Positions 23,291 through 31,435 of a stretch of DNA of 32,000 bases are shown in pieces; position 1 is the stretch's first letter, and every line of letters begins with the position of its first letter. The stretch spans positions 810,001 through 842,000 of the forward strand of contig CP064967.1 in assembly GCA_016699265.1 (NCBI GenBank), given 5' to 3'. The notes under the pieces were generated by a model. The model saw nothing but the letters and a program-made list of their open reading frames with translations, made no database searches and was not told where the DNA came from. Both the position numbers and the translations under genes were made by a program. Origin of the DNA: Candidatus Saccharimonadota bacterium. Its GTDB lineage: Bacteria > Patescibacteriota > Microgenomatia > UBA1406 > GWC2-37-13.

Positions 23291-25685
23291 CCTTGTGGCC
23301 GCCGAATTGATTTCGAAGTGCGTTAATCACCTTAGCCTGATAGTTAGGACTCTTCACACTTTTGATGCGCGCACTTACAGACTCCTCGATAACAACTGCC
23401 GGAATCTTAAGTTCCTTTGCTACATCTACAGTCCAGTCCGCCTCTCCCTTAATTCTTTCACCCGCTCCACCACCACCAGACCCTGTTGAGCCGGAGAGCT
23501 CAGTTAGATCGCTTCCGTACATTCGATACGCCGACTCGAGCCAGTTTGTAAGACGGGACTCGATAACACTCCCATGATTATAAATCTGAGCAGCTTTTTT
23601 AAGATCTATTTTATATGGACCGTCATGAATTACATTAAAACCTTCAGCCAATGCTTGCATCATACCGTATTCAATTCCGTTATGGACCATCTTGGTAAAA
23701 TGACCAGCCCCTACTCCCTCGAAAAACATCACTCCTGACGCAATTGCGAGATCGTTATACAATGTTGTGTTTTGCTCAAAAAGAGCTTTCGTCCCTCCTA
23801 CCATCAAACACCCACCTAATAAAGCTCCACCCGGTCCTCCGGAGAATCCAACGTCGACAAAATTAATTCCATGTTTATTCGTATAGACACTACGGCGAAT
23901 CGTATCCTTGTAGTTTGAGTTTGCCGCATCAATTACCAAATCTCCTTTTTTTAGTAACTTCACCAAAATCTTAAGTGTGTCGTCTATCACCTGACCTGCC
24001 GGAAGCATGAGCCAGATAACTCGTGGAGTAAGTGGCAACTTCTTTACAAGTTCTTCAATTGATTGAACGGCTACCATTCCATCTTTCTTAATGCCTTCAC
24101 TCACTGAATAGGTACGATTCCACCCAACAACTCGCCACTTTTTTCCAAGGAGATTTCGAGCTACATTTCCTCCCATTTTCCCTAACCCAATTACGCCAAT
24201 CTCTTTTTGCTTCAGATGCTCTGCTCTAGTCTCCTCGGTCGCAGATGCTTCGTATCGAATCTTAAGCTGCTTAATCATGTCGTCAGAGTCGGCTATATAC
24301 TTTTCCAACGGTACAATATTTTTTTCCCATGCACGGGCGATTGGGTCAATGTATTTCCACATAGATTTGACCTCATCAGTACTCAAAAAGAGAATCTGAT
24401 TTCCCTCGATACTGTCAAGGAGAAGCTTTTCGTACTCTTCAACGTACTGCCCTGAACGCTCACGCTTTCTGTAGGTGAACTCGAATTTACGCTTTTCAAT
24501 CTCCATCTCCAGTCCTGGTTTTTTTGCTAAGAAATGCAGTTCAATCTTTTCTTCCGGCTCAAGTGAAAAAATTATTTTATCTTTAATATGTTTTTTCCCT
24601 ACGGGACAAAGACATTGTGAAGAATGCTTAAAGGTAATAGTTATGTTTTTAATCTGATTTTTTAGTCGCTTTCCGCCGGTCATCACTATCGGAACTCCCT
24701 GCCATCGCGGTGAATCAAGATATCCACGTATTCTAAAAAAGGTCTCTGTTTGAGAACTTTTCTTCACTCCAGAAATGTACTGGTACCCAGCATACTGAGC
24801 TCGTACCGTCTGCTTTTTTATCTCCCTCAGTGATGGTGGTATCAAGCACTTTAGGAGCTCGTTTCTCTTCTCCCGAATCTTCTCCGAGCTAAAACTGGTC
24901 GGGTGCTCCATAGTCACCAGTGCCAACATCTGTAGGAGGTGATTTTGGCCTACGTCACGAAGCGCACCAACACCATCATAAAAAAGACCCCGTTTTTCCA
25001 CGCCTATTTTCTCAAGAAGTTTGATCGATATTTTTTCAATATACTTATTGCTCCAGCTTTGTTCGAAAAGATTGTTTGAAAAACGGAAACTGAGAATATT
25101 CTGAAGCATTTCTTTTGCGAGATAGTGATCGATTCGATAGATCTGTTCCTCCTTAAAAAGCTGTGCCAACTTCATATCCAACTTCTCGGCAGTGGTCGCA
25201 TCCTTCCCAAACGGTTTTTCTACGAGTACTCTCGTCCAACCTTCATCCGGTCCGCAGGGAATTGTTAATCCCGAATTATGGAGATTTTGAAATATTCCTT
25301 GATAGTATTCTGGAGGTACAGCGGTATAAAATAACTTATTGGAGCAGACCTTCCACTCTTGATCTACGCGCCCGAGATCCTCTGCGAGGGATTCATAATC
25401 TTTCAATACTTCGAATTGTCCTTGCTTATACACAAAACGTTTGAGGAATGAGTCGAGTTCCTTCTGATTTTTCTTAATATGTTTATTTGTTCTGAGTATC
25501 TGAGAGACGTGCTCGCGAAACTGTTCATCGGTAAGTGGACGACGCGCATATCCGATTACACGGAAGAGCTTAGGAAGTTTATTTTTCGTGAATAAGTTAT
25601 AAAGGGCAGGAGTAATTTTCTTCGTCATCAGGTCGCCGGTAGCGCCAAAAACAACGAGCGCGGTAGGAATATTATTAGCAGCCAT
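23283..25685 (-). CDS. fusion protein: glucose-6-phosphate dehydrogenase (N-terminal) plus 6-phosphogluconate dehydrogenase, decarboxylating (C-terminal)
   Basis: N-terminal half has GATGDL, EKPFG and RIDHYLAKE. C-terminal about 307 aa (23286..24206) has GLGKMGGNVARNL and GAGHFTKMVHNGIEYGMMQ. I chose start MAANN (ATG 25685), because the longer track ORF overlaps fba. Confidence 0.85.
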   Translation of the reverse strand: MAANNIPTALVVFGATGDLMTKKITPALYNLFTKNKLPKLFRVIGYARRPLTDEQFREHVSQILRTNKHIKKNQKELDSFLKRFVYKQGQFEVLKDYESLAEDLGRVDQEWKVCSNKLFYTAVPPEYYQGIFQNLHNSGLTIPCGPDEGWTRVLVEKPFGKDATTAEKLDMKLAQLFKEEQIYRIDHYLAKEMLQNILSFRFSNNLFEQSWSNKYIEKISIKLLEKIGVEKRGLFYDGVGALRDVGQNHLLQMLALVTMEHPTSFSSEKIREKRNELLKCLIPPSLREIKKQTVRAQYAGYQYISGVKKSSQTETFFRIRGYLDSPRWQGVPIVMTGGKRLKNQIKNITITFKHSSQCLCPVGKKHIKDKIIFSLEPEEKIELHFLAKKPGLEMEIEKRKFEFTYRKRERSGQYVEEYEKLLLDSIEGNQILFLSTDEVKSMWKYIDPIARAWEKNIVPLEKYIADSDDMIKQLKIRYEASATEETRAEHLKQKEIGVIGLGKMGGNVARNLLGKKWRVVGWNRTYSVSEGIKKDGMVAVQSIEELVKKLPLTPRVIWLMLPAGQVIDDTLKILVKLLKKGDLVIDAANSNYKDTIRRSVYTNKHGINFVDVGFSGGPGGALLGGCLMVGGTKALFEQNTTLYNDLAIASGVMFFEGVGAGHFTKMVHNGIEYGMMQALAEGFNVIHDGPYKIDLKKAAQIYNHGSVIESRLTNWLESAYRMYGSDLTELSGSTGSGGGGAGERIKGEADWTVDVAKELKIPAVVIEESVSARIKSVKSPNYQAKVINALRNQFGGHKAK

Positions 25686-25692
25686 CGCAGTA

Positions 25693-26685
25693 TTATAACT
25701 TACCGGATCGTGCAAGGCTACATTGTTGAGAGCTATGATAAAAAGCTTGTTTCGCAGCCTCGCGATAGACCTCGTCCTCAATCTTTCCATCGAGTGCCTT
25801 AAGCGCTGCCTGCTGAAGACCTCGACCAAATGAAAAACTCAACTGCCATGGAAGATTGTTGATTTTGTTCATTTCGTTAAGGTTGAACGCTGCCTGCTCA
25901 TCGCTCTGACCACCGGATAAAAATACAATTCCAGGAACTTCAGTTGGAACCGTTTTTTTAAAACACTCAATGGTCATCTGGGAAATCAGTTCTATAGTCG
26001 ACGGTGTATGGTTCTCCGATCCTGAAATTATCATATTTGGCTTGAGTAGCATTCCTCTCAAATTCACCCCAGCTCTCTTAAGCTCCTCAAACACAGTTGT
26101 AAGCGTTTCTGTAGTGACCTGAAGACATCGGTCTATGGTGTGAGCGCCGTCCATGAGAACCTCTGGTTCAACTATGGGAACCATTCCCGCTTCTTGAGTC
26201 TTAATGGCAAATTTAGCAAGAGCCTTTGCGTTTTCACGAATGCATTCTTCAGTTGGGATATCGGAACCTATCGTAATGACTCCTCGCCATTTCGTAAACT
26301 GCGCACCTAGTGACGCATACTCGGCCAGTCTATCCTCAAGACCCTCAAGTCCTTTGGTTATAGTTTCATCTTTATCACCAAACGGAACAACGCCTTGATC
26401 GACCTTAATACCCGGCGCAATTCCTTTAGATGATAAGAGTTTTGGAAAGGGAGTCCCATCAGCTGAAGACTGGCGGATAGTTTCATCAAACAATATGACT
26501 CCACTAATGAAGTTTTCAACACCCTTAGTGGTAAATAGCAACTCGCGATACAGTCTTCTATTTTCCTCGGTATTCTCTATACCTGCCTTATAAAATCTTT
26601 TCGCAATTGTTGAGGTGCTTTCATCGGCTGCCAAGATACCTTTACCAGCAGCAACGAGCTTATTTGCTATCTCCTCAATACTCAT
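25693..26685 (-). CDS. fba: fructose-bisphosphate aldolase, class I
   Basis: GKGILAADES motif. I chose start M39 (ATG 26685). M30 (26712) is an alternative. The N-terminal part of the track ORF looks spurious. Confidence 0.85.
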   Translation of the reverse strand: MSIEEIANKLVAAGKGILAADESTSTIAKRFYKAGIENTEENRRLYRELLFTTKGVENFISGVILFDETIRQSSADGTPFPKLLSSKGIAPGIKVDQGVVPFGDKDETITKGLEGLEDRLAEYASLGAQFTKWRGVITIGSDIPTEECIRENAKALAKFAIKTQEAGMVPIVEPEVLMDGAHTIDRCLQVTTETLTTVFEELKRAGVNLRGMLLKPNMIISGSENHTPSTIELISQMTIECFKKTVPTEVPGIVFLSGGQSDEQAAFNLNEMNKINNLPWQLSFSFGRGLQQAALKALDGKIEDEVYREAAKQAFYHSSQQCSLARSGKL

Positions 26686-26884
26686 ACTTTGTCCCGCCGA
26701 AATCCCGATCATATCGGGACGACGGTGGATTGAACTGATTATAAACCAAATTATAGAAAGATAGTGTAAATTAATAAACATTTGGTGAAATCCCGCCATA
26801 GCAAAGCAATAAATTCTTAACTTGAAAGAAGTTGGGACTAATGGCTTTGCGAAGGAGGATAGTACCCTGATATACTCATATCAA

Positions 26885-27340
26885 ATGAAGGTTTTGGTAG
26901 TATATGCAACATATTCAGGTGGAACACGTATAGCGGCAACTATTGTTGAGGAAGTTCTCAAAACGGACCATGAAGTAACGATCAAAAGTGTTCACGACCT
27001 CGATCAAAAGGAGATCTCAGACTACGACTTCACTATTTTTGGCTCAAATTCTTGGTTCGAACAGAAAGAGGAAGGTCAAATGAATAGTGGATTTCATGCA
27101 CTCAAAGAAAAGTTACAACCGGACTGCTGGAAAGGGAAGAGGTTTGCTATTTACGCATTGGGAGATTCAAATCTCTATCACAATACATTTTGTAAATCGG
27201 CCGATCATCTGGAGAAGATGGTAAGAGAGTTTGGCGGTGATGCGGTTGTACCGCCTCTTAAGGTCGATCGGTTTTATTTTAACGAAGAAGAAAATGAAAA
27301 AAAGATCACTGTGTGGGCAGAGGAATTAAGTCGATTTTGA
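26885..27340 (+). CDS. short-chain flavodoxin
   Basis: VVYATYSGGT FMN-binding signature. Start M22 is preceded by TGaTATACT (26871..26876) plus 8 nt. Confidence 0.8.
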   Translation: MKVLVVYATYSGGTRIAATIVEEVLKTDHEVTIKSVHDLDQKEISDYDFTIFGSNSWFEQKEEGQMNSGFHALKEKLQPDCWKGKRFAIYALGDSNLYHNTFCKSADHLEKMVREFGGDAVVPPLKVDRFYFNEEENEKKITVWAEELSRF

Positions 27341-27664
27341 AGCAACAACAAAGTCATTGACTGATAGTCCTTTAATAGCATGCGTTGAAAGCGAAATCTT
27401 CACGTTATTCCATCTATGAAGATTGATGTCTGGATGGTGTCCCTCAGCTTCTGCAATCTCCCCAATTTTATTTATGAATTCGAGAGCCGTTTTAAAGTCT
27501 TTGAGTTTGAATTCTCGTACAATCTCTTTTTCATCTGATGAGACCTCCCATTCTTTCACAATCTCAAGGTACGGAGCAAATTCTTTTCGAGTAAGTGGAT
27601 CTAGGCCGCCTTCACACGGCACACAGTGATGTTGGGAAAGATGAGATGGTAGAACGGGATCCAT
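27326..27664 (-). CDS. pterin-4-alpha-carbinolamine dehydratase
   Basis: EGHHPD motif. 112 aa. Confidence 0.85.
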   Translation of the reverse strand: MDPVLPSHLSQHHCVPCEGGLDPLTRKEFAPYLEIVKEWEVSSDEKEIVREFKLKDFKTALEFINKIGEIAEAEGHHPDINLHRWNNVKISLSTHAIKGLSVNDFVVASKST

Positions 27665-27666
27665 TA

Positions 27667-27966
27667 TTATTTACGCTTCTCTAATCGATCTAAGCGTAGA
27701 ATTTTTACACCAAAATATACAACAAAAGCGACTATAACAAAATCGATAAGAGTCGAGATGAAATGACCCCACATAATAGAAGCCGAGCCCACTTTAAATG
27801 TTGCTCCTTGCAGGCCTTTTGTGAAACCGAGTAGAAGACCTATTAAGGGATTCACCACGTCATTTACTAGTGAAGTTACCAACTTGGAGATCGAGCCTCC
27901 CAAGATAAAACCTACCGCAAGTCCTACTACTCCTTTTTCACGAATGAACTCAAGAAATCCTTTCAT
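27667..27966 (-). CDS. mscL: large-conductance mechanosensitive channel (short form)
   Basis: MKGFLEFIREKGVVGLAVGFILGG...VNDVVNPLIG. 99 aa. Confidence 0.85.
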   Translation of the reverse strand: MKGFLEFIREKGVVGLAVGFILGGSISKLVTSLVNDVVNPLIGLLLGFTKGLQGATFKVGSASIMWGHFISTLIDFVIVAFVVYFGVKILRLDRLEKRK

Positions 27967-28031
27967 AACAAAAAAAGTATATCAAACTAATGATCTGCAA
28001 TAAACAACAATTCCCTCAATGTTCCGTTCTC

Positions 28032-28238
28032 TTACTTTGAACAAACCTTGCAGTCGCCCTTGTGCGTTGCCATCTGATACAAACCAGAAACTCCGACTAG
28101 GACATAAACAACCATTCCCAACTGTGAACCAACGCCAAAGACCATATCAACTACGTTGAACTGGAATAGAGCCACCGTCCCCCAGGTAACTGCACCTACG
28201 ACCATAAGGAGAAAAGAAACCATGTGTAACCATTTCAT
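28032..28238 (-). CDS. DUF378-family small membrane protein
   Basis: Two TM helices with a GAVTWGTVALFQFNVV pattern. Canonical SD AGGAGGTGA (28256..28248) lies 9 nt upstream. Confidence 0.7.
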   Translation of the reverse strand: MKWLHMVSFLLMVVGAVTWGTVALFQFNVVDMVFGVGSQLGMVVYVLVGVSGLYQMATHKGDCKVCSK

Positions 28239-28325
28239 AATAATTCTTCACCTCCTCTACGATTTGTCATAAATCTAGTTAGATAGTAGCAAAATCTATA
28301 AACGCAAGCAATGTATAATATTTAG

Positions 28326-28709
28326 ATGCCAAAAACTGCCATAGACTGGGAAAAAAAGCTCACTCCTGAACAGTATCGAGTTCTAAGGGAAAAAGATACA
28401 GAAGCTCCCTTCTCAGGTCGGTATCTTCACATGAAGGATAAGGGAACATATGTTTGTGCAGCTTGTAGTACAGAGCTCTTTAGCTCAGATACTAAATTTG
28501 ATTCCGGAAGTGGTTGGCCAAGTTTTTATGACGTGGCACATAGCGACTCTGTGGAGCTCAAGGAAGATTATGATCATGGTATGCATAGGATAGAGGTAAT
28601 ATGTAAAAATTGCGGAGGGCATCTGGGACATCTCTTTAAAGATGGTCCAGCGGACAAAACGGGTAACCGTTACTGCATTAATTCATGTGCTCTTAACTTT
28701 AGAAAATGA
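28326..28709 (+). CDS. msrB: peptide-methionine (R)-S-oxide reductase
   Basis: CAAC...GWPSF...CKNCGGHLGHLF motifs. Confidence 0.95.
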   Translation: MPKTAIDWEKKLTPEQYRVLREKDTEAPFSGRYLHMKDKGTYVCAACSTELFSSDTKFDSGSGWPSFYDVAHSDSVELKEDYDHGMHRIEVICKNCGGHLGHLFKDGPADKTGNRYCINSCALNFRK

Positions 28710-29245
28710 AAACACTCGTTCTTGCCGGTGGATGTTTTTGGTGTACCGAAGCAGTGTTTCAACGTCTCAAAGGAGTCGTATCGGTCGAGTCTGGATATAC
28801 TGGTGGTAACATCGCTGAGCCTACGTATGATGAGGTTTGCTCCGGGAAAACCGGACATGCTGAGTCAATCAAAGTCACCTACGATCCTGACACAATCACA
28901 CAGGACAGTCTACTAGATGTATTTTTTCATCTTCACGATCCAACTACCTTGAATCGACAGGGAAATGACTCGGGTACTCAGTACCGCTCTGCCATTTTCT
29001 ATGAAAGTGGGGAGGACAAAAAAATATTTGAGAATAAAATTCGGGATCTAAACACTTCAAATCTCTACCATGGTCGTAAAATAGTTACAACTTTGGAGCC
29101 ACTACAGACCTTTTACCTTGCCGACTCTTCACATAGGGATTATTTTAATAAAAATTCTTATCAACCTTACTGTTCCATAGTCATTGATCCAAAATTAAAA
29201 AAACTGTACAAAGAATTCCCCTCTCAAGTCAAGGATAAATCCTGA
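28706..29245 (+). CDS. msrA: peptide-methionine (S)-S-oxide reductase
   Basis: GGCFWC active-site motif. ATGA overlap with msrB. Confidence 0.95.
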   Translation: MKTLVLAGGCFWCTEAVFQRLKGVVSVESGYTGGNIAEPTYDEVCSGKTGHAESIKVTYDPDTITQDSLLDVFFHLHDPTTLNRQGNDSGTQYRSAIFYESGEDKKIFENKIRDLNTSNLYHGRKIVTTLEPLQTFYLADSSHRDYFNKNSYQPYCSIVIDPKLKKLYKEFPSQVKDKS

Positions 29246-29329
29246 GTTTTTTTGATATAATAGATTAGCTTCATATAAGTTTTTTCCTCAGTGCGTAACT
29301 TGTCCTGAGTGAACGAAGTGAACCGAAGG

Positions 29330-31168
29330 ATGAACATCAGAAACATCGCTATTATTGCTCACGTGGATCACGGTAAGACAACCCTCGTTGATGCGATACT
29401 AAAACAGTCACACACATTTAGAGAAAATCAGCGCGAGATGGGTCAGGAACTTCTAATGGACTCAAACGATCTTGAGCGTGAAAAAGGCATCACAATTCTT
29501 GCTAAAAATACTAGTATTCACTACAAAGACGAGAAAATTAACATCATCGATACTCCGGGTCATGCAGACTTTGGAAGCGAGGTTGAACGCATTTTGAACA
29601 TGGCGAGCGCAGCCCTTCTTCTCGTTGATGCTGCGGAAGGCCCTCTCCCACAGACGCGATTTGTACTAAAAAAAGCACTTGAGTCCAAACTCAAAATTAT
29701 TTTATTCATCAATAAAATTGACAAGAAGGATGCCCGACCTGTAGAGGTATTGCATGAGGTTGAGTCCCTATTTCTTGAGCTCGCAGAGGACGCAGACATT
29801 CTTAACTTCACCACAATGTATGGAGTTGGTAGAGATGGAAAAGCGTTTAAAGAACTTCCAGAACACTATGACGCCAATATGCCCGGAGATCTTACCCCGC
29901 TTCTTGATCTAATAGTTGAAGAGGTGGCTAATGTGGCCATCGATGAAGATAAACCATTTCAAATGCTTATCTCTACACTCGATCACGACTCATATGTAGG
30001 TCGAATCTGCATTGGAAAAATCATGCGAGGAGTACTAAAAAAAGGAATGAAGGTCTCACTTGTCGATGAGACCGGGATTCTTGGAACTTATAATGCAACT
30101 AAACTTTTCACTAGTTTCGGACTTCAAAGACAGGAGGTCGAAGAGCTGAGGGCTGGAGACATTGCCGCACTGGCAGGAATTCCTGAGTTAACCATTGGTC
30201 AAACCGTCACGGATCCCTCAACTCCGGAATGGTTACCTCCGATTAAGGTAGAAGAGCCAACCATCAAAATTAAGATTGGTCCCAACACGAGTCCCTTTGC
30301 TGGACGGGAGGGAACATATGTTACAACTCGACAGATTAAGGATCGACTTCTTAAGGAACTTGAGACAAACCTCGGGCTTAAGTTTGAGCTTGACCCAGCT
30401 TCCAGCTCATACATTATAAGTGGACGAGGAGAACTTCATCTTGCGGTTTTGATCGAAACAATGAAACGTGAAGGTTTTGAACTTCAGGTTTCAAAACCAC
30501 AGGTTATTTTTAAGGAATTCGAAGGAAAAAAGTGTGAGCCCTATGAAGAGTTAACTGTTGATGTGCAAAAAGACTACATGGGAGCAGTGACAGATGAGAT
30601 TGGTAAACGAAAAGGAAAGTTAATAAATATGCATACCGTTGGAGACACAAATATGCGTCTCATATATAAGATATCGAGTAGAAATCTTATTGGAGTAAGA
30701 AGTAAGTTACTTACCGCAACACGTGGTACTGCAGTTTTGAATACATATCTTCTCGGTTATGAACCAATTGGAACATATATGGAAAATGTGCGAAATGGCG
30801 CACTTATCTCAACTCAATCTGGAGAAACAATGGCCTATGGTCTTGGATTTGCTCAGGAACGTGGATCAATGTTCTACGGACCACAGGTAAAGGTCTACGA
30901 GGGAATGGTAGTCGGACTTGCAAATCAAGACAAAGATATTGAGGTTAATGTCTGCAAAGCAAAGCAACTTTCAAATAATCGTTCTTCAGGAGAAGGAGTG
31001 AAGGTAATTCTTGAGCCCCCAATAGAGTTGAGTCTTGAGCAGTATCTTGACATTATTGGAGACGACGAACTTCTTGAGGTAACGCCAAAAGCACTAAGAC
31101 TTCGCAAGCAGTATCTCACCTTAACTCAACGTCGAGTAGAGAGTCGAAGAGCTTCCTCAAGCAAATAA
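29330..31168 (+). CDS. typA: translational GTPase TypA/BipA
   Basis: IRNIAIIAHVDHGKTT, DTPGH and NKID motifs. About 612 aa from ATG 29330. An alternative GTG start lies at 29309. Confidence 0.95.
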   Translation: MNIRNIAIIAHVDHGKTTLVDAILKQSHTFRENQREMGQELLMDSNDLEREKGITILAKNTSIHYKDEKINIIDTPGHADFGSEVERILNMASAALLLVDAAEGPLPQTRFVLKKALESKLKIILFINKIDKKDARPVEVLHEVESLFLELAEDADILNFTTMYGVGRDGKAFKELPEHYDANMPGDLTPLLDLIVEEVANVAIDEDKPFQMLISTLDHDSYVGRICIGKIMRGVLKKGMKVSLVDETGILGTYNATKLFTSFGLQRQEVEELRAGDIAALAGIPELTIGQTVTDPSTPEWLPPIKVEEPTIKIKIGPNTSPFAGREGTYVTTRQIKDRLLKELETNLGLKFELDPASSSYIISGRGELHLAVLIETMKREGFELQVSKPQVIFKEFEGKKCEPYEELTVDVQKDYMGAVTDEIGKRKGKLINMHTVGDTNMRLIYKISSRNLIGVRSKLLTATRGTAVLNTYLLGYEPIGTYMENVRNGALISTQSGETMAYGLGFAQERGSMFYGPQVKVYEGMVVGLANQDKDIEVNVCKAKQLSNNRSSGEGVKVILEPPIELSLEQYLDIIGDDELLEVTPKALRLRKQYLTLTQRRVESRRASSSK

Positions 31169-31227
31169 TCTTGTTATTGTCAAAATCGCGGGATTTAACT
31201 CAAAATAGGCGTATACTTAGTTTACAG

Positions 31228-31425
31228 ATGTTATTTAAAGCTAAGGAAAAAACAAAAGCAAAAATTATCTGTCCTTTCTGTAAAAACGAAATCTTCTCCG
31301 CACATAAGACCGAAATTTTTTACCAGAGTAGCTGGATTAATGGATGCAATGACTGCTTCGCACTTTCCATCAGCTCAGTAACGGGTAAAGACTTTCAGTC
31401 GAAGGACTATCAACTCCATCAGTAA
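31228..31425 (+). CDS. candidate small zinc-ribbon protein (65 aa; CPFC...CNDC)
   Basis: Internal ATG (M20 of the track ORF) preceded by TATACT (31212..31217) plus 10 nt. Two CxxC pairs. Confidence 0.45.
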   Translation: MLFKAKEKTKAKIICPFCKNEIFSAHKTEIFYQSSWINGCNDCFALSISSVTGKDFQSKDYQLHQ

Positions 31426-31435
31426 GGGTGATTTT

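Noticed and set aside
25686-26799. The long N-terminal extensions of the track ORFs for zwf-gnd (to 25829) and fba (to 26799).
   Set aside because: The zwf extension overlaps the 3' end of fba. The conserved N-termini (MAANNIPTALVVFGATGDL and MSIEEIANKL..GKGILAADES) begin at internal ATGs.
28326-29245. An MsrB-MsrA fusion by reading through the TGA in the ATGA overlap.
   Set aside because: The msrA ATG (28706) is in a different frame from msrB (an offset of 380 nt is not a multiple of 3). These are two translationally coupled genes.
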